36,264 bases of DNA. It comes from a virus. Taxonomy: Duplodnaviria; Caudoviricetes. Below the pieces are notes generated by a model. That model searched no databases and was not told where the DNA came from. It saw only the letters and a program-made list of their open reading frames with translations. A program made the translations under genes and the position numbers. The first letter of the stretch is position 1; every line of letters starts with the position of its first letter. Shown here piece after piece: positions 7,475 through 15,223 of the stretch. The stretch covers positions 1 to 36,264 of IMG/VR virus record IMGVR_UViG_3300024518_003409, one strand, 5' to 3'.

Positions 7475-8083
7475 CTAGGTAGAACCACCAAGGGATTGCC
7501 GCCGCTGCGCCCCTTTTCTGCGCGCTCGACGGGTACGCTCGGCCGCCTGCCTGAGCTGATCCCCGCCGTCGTAAGTCTGCATTGCCGCCAACATTGTCGA
7601 CACCATCCAGCTCGGCACGCGCAGCGCCTGCGCGATCCTTGCCGCCTGTAGATCCGCAGACGCCTCCCGCTCATCGAGCGCTGGGGTGGTCGTATCGGGC
7701 GATTGGAGTAGGCGCAGCACGCTCCACGATGGCGCCAGGAGGGCTATCGCGTAACGCCCTGCTTGGGCCTCGGCCTGCTCTCGGGGCTGGTGAGAGCCGA
7801 TCCATGCGCCGCTGCGCCAGTGTAGGTCGATGTGGCCGAGAGCTCGCGCGACTGCGGCTCTGCGCTCTTCGGGCGATAGCGTAGACTCGACCAAAACCTG
7901 GAAACTATGCCGCCGCTGAACAATACAAAACAGCGCGCTCCTTGGCAGATTCGCGCTCTTCTGGACCCGCACACCGCTCATCTGAGCTAGGACGCGATGC
8001 GTCAGAATTGGCCCCTCGAGGCCCATGCCGGCCCGTTGCATACTCCTGTGTATGGAGTTAGCAGCGCTAACGATATCCGCCAT
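7475..8083 (-). CDS. ImmA/IrrE (peptidase M78)-like protein with degenerate HExxH
   Basis: ERRAAVARALGH aligns with the RRFxxAHELGH pattern; EAQAGRYAIALLAP; C-terminal HTH-like IAQALRVP. Directly downstream of an XRE repressor. TACAAT 7 nt before the ATG suggests a leaderless mRNA. Confidence 0.7.
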   Translation of the reverse strand: MADIVSAANSIHRSMQRAGMGLEGPILTHRVLAQMSGVRVQKSANLPRSALFCIVQRRHSFQVLVESTLSPEERRAAVARALGHIDLHWRSGAWIGSHQPREQAEAQAGRYAIALLAPSWSVLRLLQSPDTTTPALDEREASADLQAARIAQALRVPSWMVSTMLAAMQTYDGGDQLRQAAERTRRARRKGAQRRQSLGGST

Positions 8084-8226
8084 ATGGGTAATTGTATTGA
8101 GGGGCACGAGCCACAATATACCTAATTTCAGTAGAGGTGCGCGTCCCCTAAATAGGGCATACGCCAGCAAGTGTTGCGCGTAACTTCCGGCAATGCCTCA
8201 AGAATCAAGATAGGGGGGGGTATTAC

Positions 8227-8703
8227 CTACGCTTCAGGCTTGGGCGAGGTGTGGCAACTTGGCGCGAGAACAGGCGCGGAATCTGGGTCGGGCTCCAATT
8301 CTGGCGCGAGGATTCGAGCGATGCTCACAAGCTCGTCATATTTTGCATGACTCGAGTCAATCTGCCTGCCCTCGATCCAGACGCGAGCTGGCCCCTCGCT
8401 GCGGAGGTCGTCGGCGGTGACTCCGAGCGCTGTTGCTATCTGCTGGATTGCCCTATCTGAGCAGTGGTTGCGTCCGCTGACCCAGAAAGAAACGGTGCTC
8501 GACGCTACCCCTAGATCCTGCGCCATCAGGCTGATGTTCCCCGCCCAGCGATGACCCAGCAGCGCTCGACGAGCAAGAACCTGATTCGGTTGCAACTCAA
8601 CCCGAGGCCAGGACAGCCCATCAGGCGCAGCTGTGCCGTTCTCGATACGTCGCCGCATCGTCACTTGCACATCTCTTTGCTTGCGTTGCTTGGCCGCTGT
8701 CAT
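8227..8703 (-). CDS. XRE-family HTH repressor (CI/ImmR-like); start uncertain (8781, 8703 or 8658)
   Basis: MAQDLGVASSTVSFWVSGRN.....IQQIATALGVT..DL HTH; divergent from the rightward operon. Confidence 0.8.
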   Translation of the reverse strand: MTAAKQRKQRDVQVTMRRRIENGTAAPDGLSWPRVELQPNQVLARRALLGHRWAGNISLMAQDLGVASSTVSFWVSGRNHCSDRAIQQIATALGVTADDLRSEGPARVWIEGRQIDSSHAKYDELVSIARILAPELEPDPDSAPVLAPSCHTSPKPEA

Positions 8704-8782
8704 CGACCCAGAGCCTAGCGAGCGTAAACGGCCGCTGGCACTCGGTTTTTCCGATGGCGCGCACGGTTTAAAATCGGACATA

Positions 8783-8824
8783 TTGACCCTGGGGTGAATA
8801 ACCGCTATATGGAGACATGGTTAC
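8783..8824 (+). promoter_or_regulatory. Candidate rightward early promoter TTGACC-17-TATATG followed by GACATGGTTAC
   Basis: Sequence read directly; located in the divergent switch region. Confidence 0.45.
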
Positions 8825-8957
8825 AGGTAATGTGAGCCTGATAGATGCGGCAACCGCACCGGCTAACGCAAGCGCGATACACATGAAAGTGAGCAGGAGA
8901 GCACGTAACAGCGCGAGCCTGCTCAGGTTTCCGACACAAAAAAAGGAGGAATACACA

Positions 8958-9320
8958 ATGCGAAGAATGGCCAGACTGGGGAAGCGAGCGATTAAGGCAA
9001 TGCTGCAAAAGCGGGGGCTAGTAAAGCAATGGGCCCTAAGGCTGAAGGCCAGTAAAGCGTGGCGATGCGCGGACAAGAGCGCTCACGCACGAGCCCTGCA
9101 GATGCTCTCGGATAATTACGGGGGTGGCAGATCTCTCGATCTCGATGATGCGCTCCTAGCGTGCGAGGTCGCGGGAGAAGATCCCCTCTCGAGCCTTAGC
9201 CAGGCGGCGGCACAGCGCGGCGAGGAAGAGGCTCTTAGGGCAGAGGCCCTTGTGCAGGGAGAGCAGGACGCAGAGGCGGCGCGGCGACTGCTCGCAGCTC
9301 GACCGTTTCGGTTGGCATAG
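8958..9320 (+). CDS. Putative regulatory protein (Cro/CII-like position)
   Basis: Strong SD AAGGAGG; basic N-terminus; first rightward gene. Confidence 0.6.
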   Translation: MRRMARLGKRAIKAMLQKRGLVKQWALRLKASKAWRCADKSAHARALQMLSDNYGGGRSLDLDDALLACEVAGEDPLSSLSQAAAQRGEEEALRAEALVQGEQDAEAARRLLAARPFRLA

Positions 9321-9345
9321 TGGCGCGATTCATCGGGGGGTGAGA

Positions 9346-10206
9346 GTGGCGACACCACGCAAGAAGTATTTCAGGGTTGGCGATTCGATCTTTAGAGACC
9401 CATGGCCGCGGGAAATGAAACTCGTTTCTGTGTTGCTGCAGGCGTACCTCAACACGCGGTGGAGGCGTGATGGATTGAGTGCTGAAGAGGCTGGCACCGC
9501 ACTCCTCAGCCATGGGGCTTGGATCGAGATTACAGGTAAAAGTCATGCAACTTCTGCACTGAAAGTTCTCCAAAACCTTGGAACCTTTTGCTCAACTTCC
9601 GCTGAACTTTCGATCGTAAATGGAACCAAATTTATTTCAATTTCTTGGCCTAAGTTCGCGGAATTTCAGGAATTTGGAACCCGGAGTCGGGGCAGTGACG
9701 AGCCCCGAGTTGAGCCCCTACCGACTCCGACTCCGACTCCGACTCCGACTCCGACTCCTAACCATATATACGTCGATCGGGCGGGTTCAGAACCTGAGAA
9801 ATCGGGGCCAACTCCAACCGAGTCAGCGCGGGAAATCGCGCTCGAAGCGTGGCCAGGATTACGAGCTGCAGCGGCGAGCTATGGGGTCAACTGGTCAGCG
9901 CAGCCGGGCAAGGCTCAACTCTCAACGCTAGCGGCGCGCATCCGAGACGACGGGCTAAGCGCTGCAGACCTCGCCACGGTGGTGCAGGGCTACGTGGCCT
10001 TGCGCGGCACTGAGGTCCGCGGGGATTTTGATCCGCTGAAATTCCTGATCGTCAAAACGCTCTTCGCCCCCAAGAATTGGCCGGATTACCTCGCGGCAGG
10101 CAAAGCGCCACCAACACAACGCACTGCTGCCACACACGCGCAACGGTCAGCGGATGCCACAAAATCAGCAGCGCGGGAAATCCTACAGGAGGCTATGTCG
10201 AGATGA
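9346..10206 (+). CDS. Phage replication initiator-like protein with (PT)n linker; start uncertain
   Basis: Position after the switch; WPKFAEFQ motif followed by a low-complexity linker; C-terminal FL...TLF.PKNW..YL typical of replisome organizers. Confidence 0.7.
   Translation: MATPRKKYFRVGDSIFRDPWPREMKLVSVLLQAYLNTRWRRDGLSAEEAGTALLSHGAWIEITGKSHATSALKVLQNLGTFCSTSAELSIVNGTKFISISWPKFAEFQEFGTRSRGSDEPRVEPLPTPTPTPTPTPTPNHIYVDRAGSEPEKSGPTPTESAREIALEAWPGLRAAAASYGVNWSAQPGKAQLSTLAARIRDDGLSAADLATVVQGYVALRGTEVRGDFDPLKFLIVKTLFAPKNWPDYLAAGKAPPTQRTAATHAQRSADATKSAAREILQEAMSR
9721..9756 (+). repeat. (CCGACT)x6 perfect hexamer repeat
   Basis: Read directly; encodes PTPTPT. Confidence 0.95.
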
Positions 10207-10580
10207 TGAGCGATGTCGAGAAGGCGCTACGGGTGGAGGCTATCGTGGAGATATTCCTCGGCTGCGGCGCAGAGCTGACACCGGAGCGGCTCAGGATCTA
10301 CGGGAATAATACTCAGTTCGTCCCAATCGAGATCTTCCAAGCGGCGTGCAGAGCGGCGGTGTGCGCGAAGGAAAACGGCTACCCCCCTAGTGTCGGCGAG
10401 ATCCTCAAAGAGGCCCGAGAGCTCGCCCCTGCCGCCCTAACACCCGGCCAGCCTCGAGGCCTCCCCCGATGGTATCGGCGCCAACTCGGGCGCAACAAGC
10501 AAACGGAGCAACCTCGAGAGATCGCGTCAAGGTCTGGCTCTGGCTGCCTCGCTGAGTCTGTGCGCGAGGTGATGCGGTGA
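10203..10580 (+). CDS. Helicase loader/inhibitor-like small protein
   Basis: ATGA overlap with the initiator gene; A...A......YPPSVGEI motif common in post-initiator genes. Confidence 0.55.
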   Translation: MMSDVEKALRVEAIVEIFLGCGAELTPERLRIYGNNTQFVPIEIFQAACRAAVCAKENGYPPSVGEILKEARELAPAALTPGQPRGLPRWYRRQLGRNKQTEQPREIASRSGSGCLAESVREVMR

Positions 10581-10843
10581 CGGCCTGTGACGATTGTGGA
10601 GAGTTGCACACGAGAGCGTCTGCCGTGTGCGCTCCTTGCTACCAGCGGGCGTACTACGTGGCGCATCGTCGCGTTGCGTCTACGCCTCTCGACCCAGAAC
10701 CGGGGGCATGCGTCGTCTGCGGCGAGACTCATACGCGCAGGAGGTATACGCATTCGGCGCAGCGCTCGGAATACTGCTCGGCAAAGTGCAGATCGCGGAG
10801 GGCGTGGATTGGCCTCAAGGCCAGGCAGGCGGAGGCTCTATGA
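10577..10843 (+). CDS. Zn-finger protein
   Basis: Four CxxC motifs including YCSAKC; overlapping start/stop on both sides. Confidence 0.7.
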   Translation: MTACDDCGELHTRASAVCAPCYQRAYYVAHRRVASTPLDPEPGACVVCGETHTRRRYTHSAQRSEYCSAKCRSRRAWIGLKARQAEAL

Positions 10844-11325
10844 TCTACGCCGGAATAGACATCGGGATTACCGGAGCCATTGCCGCAATTAAGGGCGAGG
10901 GCGAGATCCTCGAGCTCTGGGATATGCCCTGCCAAATCATCCGAGGCGGCAAGCGACTACGCCGGCAAGTAGATTGCGGGGTGCTCGCTGACTACATCGA
11001 CAAGCTGATCGGCCACGGTGGCGCCACGGTGGCAATTGAAAAGCAGGGATCAAGGCCAGGCGAGAGGGCAACTGCGGCGCACTCTCTCGGCCGATCATAT
11101 GGAGTGATTGAGCAGGCACTAGCGAGCGCTCGAATAGATTACCGAATCGTTACGCCTCAGACGTGGCAACACACAACAGGCGTCATCAAAGGATCTGGGA
11201 AGATGGGCTCTCTCACCCGAGCACGAGAGCTCTACCCAACATGCGACCAACTCTCCCGCAAGAAGGACCACGGCCGAGCGGATGCTCTGCTCATCGCCGA
11301 ATATTGCAGGAGGGTTAGCGTCTGA
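10840..11325 (+). CDS. RuvC-like Holliday junction resolvase
   Basis: GIDIGITGAIA, VAIEKQ, VTPQTW, DHGRADALLIA; SD GGAGG. Confidence 0.85.
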   Translation: MIYAGIDIGITGAIAAIKGEGEILELWDMPCQIIRGGKRLRRQVDCGVLADYIDKLIGHGGATVAIEKQGSRPGERATAAHSLGRSYGVIEQALASARIDYRIVTPQTWQHTTGVIKGSGKMGSLTRARELYPTCDQLSRKKDHGRADALLIAEYCRRVSV

Positions 11326-12305
11326 TGGCGTATAAGATTCCTAGCGTGGCAAAGCCAGCAAAAAAGAAGGCATTCGCCTTTATCGTGCCTGATACGCACT
11401 ACGGTTACCAAGGCGAGTTGCCCGGATATGACCCGCTAGTTTTTGATCTCGGGCTGCAGGCGATTCGACACTACGCGCCACGAATGACGCATTTAATCTT
11501 GCTAGGCGATTTCGGAAACTGCGAGAGTATGAGTCATTGGGCAGCGCTAAGAGCTGATCAAGTATTTATCAAAGAGGATATTGCCTTGATGGATAGGGCT
11601 CTGGGATTCCTCGAGGATGCCCTAGGTGACCACGCCAAGCGCATACAGAAAGTGTATATCTGCGGGAATCACGAGGAATGGAGCGGAAAGCTTGAGGCTA
11701 AGTATCCGCAATTCCGCGACACCCTGAACCTGCGAAGGCTTCTCGACCTCGACAATCGGGGCTGGACGTGGGTCAGGAATAACGATCTGTATCAGTTGGG
11801 CGATCTGCATTTTACGCACGGGAATATCCGAGGCGCCTCGACTCCGCAGAAAATGCTGCAACGCACGGGAGTGTCTACGATGTATGGACACACGCACCGA
11901 CACCAATACGCGAGCGCCTCGAACGCCGGGGGGCACAAAGAGGCGCACTCGGTTGGGTGCTGGGCCTCAATTGATCCGCCGCCTGCATACGCGCAGGGAG
12001 TTGCGCCGGCTGAATGGGAGCATCGGCTAACGACGGTGCAGGTGAGGGCGAATGGTCTATTTCAAGTGCAGAGCACGCGCGTCACTGAATCCAGCTACTG
12101 CGAGCTACCAGACGGAACAGAGCTCAGGAGTGACCGAGGCGCAGCGGTGAAACGCTACGCGGGAGATCGTGAGATACTCGAGAGCCTGCGTGAGGAGTAC
12201 ACAGAGCGATACTATTCACCGGGCGGCAGGGTCGTAGGCCTCGAACCTCTGCGAGGCACAGAGCGACGCACACGGCAGCAGAGGGCGCGCGTTCATGTCG
12301 GTTAG
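11325..12305 (+). CDS. Calcineurin-like metallophosphoesterase
   Basis: DTH, GD, GNHE, HG and GHTH motifs in canonical order. Confidence 0.9.
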   Translation: MAYKIPSVAKPAKKKAFAFIVPDTHYGYQGELPGYDPLVFDLGLQAIRHYAPRMTHLILLGDFGNCESMSHWAALRADQVFIKEDIALMDRALGFLEDALGDHAKRIQKVYICGNHEEWSGKLEAKYPQFRDTLNLRRLLDLDNRGWTWVRNNDLYQLGDLHFTHGNIRGASTPQKMLQRTGVSTMYGHTHRHQYASASNAGGHKEAHSVGCWASIDPPPAYAQGVAPAEWEHRLTTVQVRANGLFQVQSTRVTESSYCELPDGTELRSDRGAAVKRYAGDREILESLREEYTERYYSPGGRVVGLEPLRGTERRTRQQRARVHVG

Positions 12306-12654
12306 CAACCGAGACCGACTACACCAGATCAAGCGCTGGCTCGACGATGAGTTCCCTTTGGGCGCTGTGCGGCTGCGAGTGCAGAAGAAAATGCCGCGAG
12401 GCTACGAGGGATGCCTAGGCGTGTTTTTCTGGGAGTCGCCGAGAATTGTGATCAAGGCGAATCTCCCGATCAGCCAAGCAATCGACACACTCCTACACGA
12501 GTGGGCGCATGGGCGCGTGGGGTACCCGTGGAGGGGTGAGAGGGCGAGCTGCACTCTGGATTCAACAGAGCACAGCGAGCGATTCTGGGGCGAAATGGGG
12601 CGGATCTCGAATCGGTACGCAGACGGGGGGCAGATTGAGTCAGAGGACTACTGA
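12295..12654 (+). CDS. Small HExxH zinc metallopeptidase-like protein (SprT-like)
   Basis: DTLLHEWAH...H...FW. Confidence 0.7.
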   Translation: MSVSNRDRLHQIKRWLDDEFPLGAVRLRVQKKMPRGYEGCLGVFFWESPRIVIKANLPISQAIDTLLHEWAHGRVGYPWRGERASCTLDSTEHSERFWGEMGRISNRYADGGQIESEDY

Positions 12655-12812
12655 GTGGGGTGGTGGATGAGCGAAAAGCGTTGCTGTGATACGTGCGAGC
12701 ATGGGGGGAAGATTGCCCCACCCCCGAGGTGTTGGGACTGCTCTCGGGGAGGCGAGGCCGGCGAGATGCCCAAGTGGGAGCCTATTAAGGAGAAGGGGAG
12801 AGGTGAGGGTAT

Positions 12813-13040
12813 ATGAAAGATCTACAGAGCACAGCGAGCATATTGGCAGCAGAGGTATCCGAGAGTCGCGAGCTCGCAGGCGGCGACGGGCAGCGAGCAA
12901 GGATCACTCTCGCGGTGATCAGTCGGCTCGTGGGATTGCTGCTAGAGGCGCTAGGTCGCATTGAGGCGGCGATTCGAGAGAGCAAGGCACCACCAAAGCG
13001 GCGAGTGAAGAAGGCGGCAAAGAGGCAGCGCAATGGGTAA
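12813..13040 (+). CDS. Hypothetical protein with basic tail
   Basis: SD GAGG; overlaps the next ORF. Confidence 0.55.
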   Translation: MKDLQSTASILAAEVSESRELAGGDGQRARITLAVISRLVGLLLEALGRIEAAIRESKAPPKRRVKKAAKRQRNG

Positions 13041-13251
13041 CGGGCGATGGATTACAGCGGGTGAGGCGGCAGATGTGGCCGGCTACGCATCGGCGGATAC
13101 GTTCCTGCGGTGGGCGCATCGTGCTTGCCCTGAGGTGATGCACAGGCCAGTAGGCTCGAAGGCCTGGCGTGTTGACAGCCAGGCCCTCGATGTGGTGCTG
13201 TGCGGGAGTGCTAGCTCTGCGGCCAATCAAGAGCCTGCTCGGCCAAGCTGA
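13033..13251 (+). CDS. Small excisionase/MerR-like HTH DNA-binding protein
   Basis: WITAGEAADVAG.S.DT..RW......G.KAWRV pattern. Confidence 0.65.
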   Translation: MGNGRWITAGEAADVAGYASADTFLRWAHRACPEVMHRPVGSKAWRVDSQALDVVLCGSASSAANQEPARPS

Positions 13252-13402
13252 GGAGCCAAGCGGATACAGGCAGGCCCTCGCTGTCTGCCTGATCCTGCAT
13301 GGCCTCGCGTAGGTCTTGGCTCAGGCGGATAGTGAGTTGCGTTTTCTCTGGGCCTTCACGTGGGCGCCCGGCGCCTGCGCGTGGGCCTCCTTTGGGGCTC
13401 AT
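13211..13402 (-). CDS. Ribbon-helix-helix (Arc/CopG-like) DNA-binding protein
   Basis: GGPRAGAGRP N-terminus, LTIRLS beta-strand, then two helices. Confidence 0.75.
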   Translation of the reverse strand: MSPKGGPRAGAGRPREGPEKTQLTIRLSQDLREAMQDQADSEGLPVSAWLLSLAEQALDWPQS

Positions 13403-13578
13403 GATTCCTCCCCTTCGTCATCGATGAAAATCAGCCCAGGGTCGTCTCGCGCCACGTCGCGCGCTTCGTCGATGGTCAAGCCTGTGCGGAACCCCTCGAT
13501 TGGATCGGCGTACTTGCTGAGCTCTGCGCCTGTCTTGATTGCGTGGTCGATTGCTGCTTGGCCTGTGAGTGCTGGCAT
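13399..13578 (-). CDS. 59-aa hypothetical protein (MPALTGQAAIDHAIKTGAELSKYADPIEG...), absent from the ORF track
   Basis: Translated by hand; SD GAGGAGGG; ATGA overlap with the RHH gene. Confidence 0.75.
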   Translation of the reverse strand: MPALTGQAAIDHAIKTGAELSKYADPIEGFRTGLTIDEARDVARDDPGLIFIDDEGEES

Positions 13579-13620
13579 TTTGCTTCCCTCCTCTGTGCCG
13601 CATCCCCTCGCGACACCCAG

Positions 13621-13648
13621 ATAATACTCGCTTTATTGAATACTGCAA
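13621..13648 (-). promoter_or_regulatory. Sigma70-like promoter TTGCAG-16-TATTAT for the two-gene cassette
   Basis: AT-rich patch about 40 bp upstream of ATG 13578. Confidence 0.55.
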
Positions 13649-13874
13649 GGCGGAAATCAAAGAAAGATGGGGAACGAGGTAAATAAGGCAATATCTAGCG
13701 ATGCCTCGCAATGCCCGGCAGCGAGTGGCGGAATCGTTGCGCGGCGAGCTGACGGCAGGTAATAGAGTGACGTGGCTTGCGTAGCGAGTGCTGCGCCGAC
13801 TGCATGGGAGTTGGTCGATCAATGGAGTGCGGGGAGGTGGGTGCCTCCTCGTGCTTCGATCGGGAGTAGGTGCG

Positions 13875-14333
13875 ATGCCTGAAGACCGGAAACGGAAAGC
13901 CAAGGGCGGTTCGGCGAATCTCATGCCGCCCGTTGCGCCCGGCGAGGTACGGAACCCGAAAGGGATCAACCAGTACACCTACAAGCGAAAATTCGAGAAC
14001 ATGATCGACAAGCTCTGCAACGGCTCGATCAGCGACAAGGATCTGAAGAGCCTGCCCTCCTGGGTGCGTGATGCGATAGAGCCTGGCATGTCTGGTGGTG
14101 AGGCACTCGCGAAAGTGTCATTCCTAGGCGCGCTGGCAGGGGATGGCAAGATGCACCCCGAGCTCCTGAAGCGGATCTACCCGGCGACAGAGCGCCATGA
14201 GCACACGGGCGCAGGCGGCGAGGCTCTCAACCATTCAGCCCTCGAAGTCAATTTCTCCAACTTGAGCAAAGAGCAACAGCAGGCCGCACAGGATCTCGCA
14301 CACGCGGCGATGAACGCAGGGGAGGACTCGTGA
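13875..14333 (+). CDS. terS: Terminase small subunit-like protein
   Basis: NL.P..PGEVRNPKG motif and C-terminal EHTGAGG; upstream of TerL. Confidence 0.7.
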   Translation: MPEDRKRKAKGGSANLMPPVAPGEVRNPKGINQYTYKRKFENMIDKLCNGSISDKDLKSLPSWVRDAIEPGMSGGEALAKVSFLGALAGDGKMHPELLKRIYPATERHEHTGAGGEALNHSALEVNFSNLSKEQQQAAQDLAHAAMNAGEDS

Positions 14334-14497
14334 GCCTGTTCACAATCGATGAGCACATGAAGCCAGCGAGCCCCCTCACAACTGATGCGCTCGAGGCCCT
14401 ACTCGAAGAGCACGGCAAGACGGCTAACCCGCTGACTCTCGAGATGCTGAGCGATGGATTTCACTTGGTCGCAGACACCGAGCCCCTAACACTATGA
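14330..14497 (+). CDS. 55-aa hypothetical protein (absent from the ORF track)
   Basis: GTGA and ATGA overlaps on both sides; SD GGAGG. Confidence 0.55.
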   Translation: MSLFTIDEHMKPASPLTTDALEALLEEHGKTANPLTLEMLSDGFHLVADTEPLTL

Positions 14498-14760
14498 CTA
14501 TGAACGTGAGCACAGTAAGCATGCACACCACACCATCGGCGGCGAATGCCACCCGGGACGGCTACTCGATAAGGGTGCACGCTGGCCGGAGTAGGCACAC
14601 CCCCGAGATCGACAGCCCCCCAACAGCCCCAGAGGATACCGGCCTAATGGTGTCGCAGGATGTAGTGGACGCGGTAGAAGAGCTCGGCGATGAGCTCAGG
14701 CTAGACCACAGCTCACTGATCATGGACATGATGCGAATCTATGTGGAGGCTCTGCGATGA
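14494..14760 (+). CDS. Hypothetical protein (possible C-terminal RHH-like helices)
   Basis: Translationally coupled ORF. Confidence 0.5.
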   Translation: MTMNVSTVSMHTTPSAANATRDGYSIRVHAGRSRHTPEIDSPPTAPEDTGLMVSQDVVDAVEELGDELRLDHSSLIMDMMRIYVEALR

Positions 14761-14951
14761 GACTCGCAACCCTACTCGCTTGCCTGCTCGCGCTCTCAGG
14801 CTGCAGTACAACGCAGGGGCCTGATCCTCGAGTGGCTAACCTCAGTGACCGCACGCACGCGCTCGAGGTGTCCTATGAGGAATTGCGGCAAGCCATCGCA
14901 AGCCATCGTATCCAGATTGAAGCGCTGAAGCAGTCAGGCTCGAGGCGTTGA
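14757..14951 (+). CDS. Small lipoprotein with coiled coil
   Basis: Signal peptide with lipobox LSGC. Confidence 0.7.
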   Translation: MRLATLLACLLALSGCSTTQGPDPRVANLSDRTHALEVSYEELRQAIASHRIQIEALKQSGSRR

Positions 14952-15136
14952 TGGCAATCATCCTCGCGGCAGGCGTAGGCCTCGCGCTCACTCTATTCAT
15001 CGTCGCGACACTTGGCCGACTCGATCAGATGTCGCACGAGCTCGAGGAACTCAGGGCTACCAGTAGACTACTCGGCCAGAGTGGCGAGATCGTTGCGCGA
15101 GCAGTCAAGACTATGCAAGACAGCAAGACCCGATAG
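14951..15136 (+). CDS. Small N-terminal TM plus coiled-coil protein
   Basis: Hydrophobic residues 2-22 followed by a heptad region. Confidence 0.6.
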   Translation: MAIILAAGVGLALTLFIVATLGRLDQMSHELEELRATSRLLGQSGEIVARAVKTMQDSKTR

Positions 15137-15223
15137 CACCCATCCCCGCACCCGGAAACGACAAGCAGTATAACCCCCCAGGCTACACCTAAGCACCAGC
15201 ACGAGGTATTCAGGCAAGCGTCG

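Noticed and set aside
8213-8220. G8 tract as a phase-variation switch
   Set aside because: Short, intergenic and not clearly within a promoter spacer
13650-13870. cos/pac site upstream of terS
   Set aside because: Plausible by position, but no recognisable sequence signature to support a call
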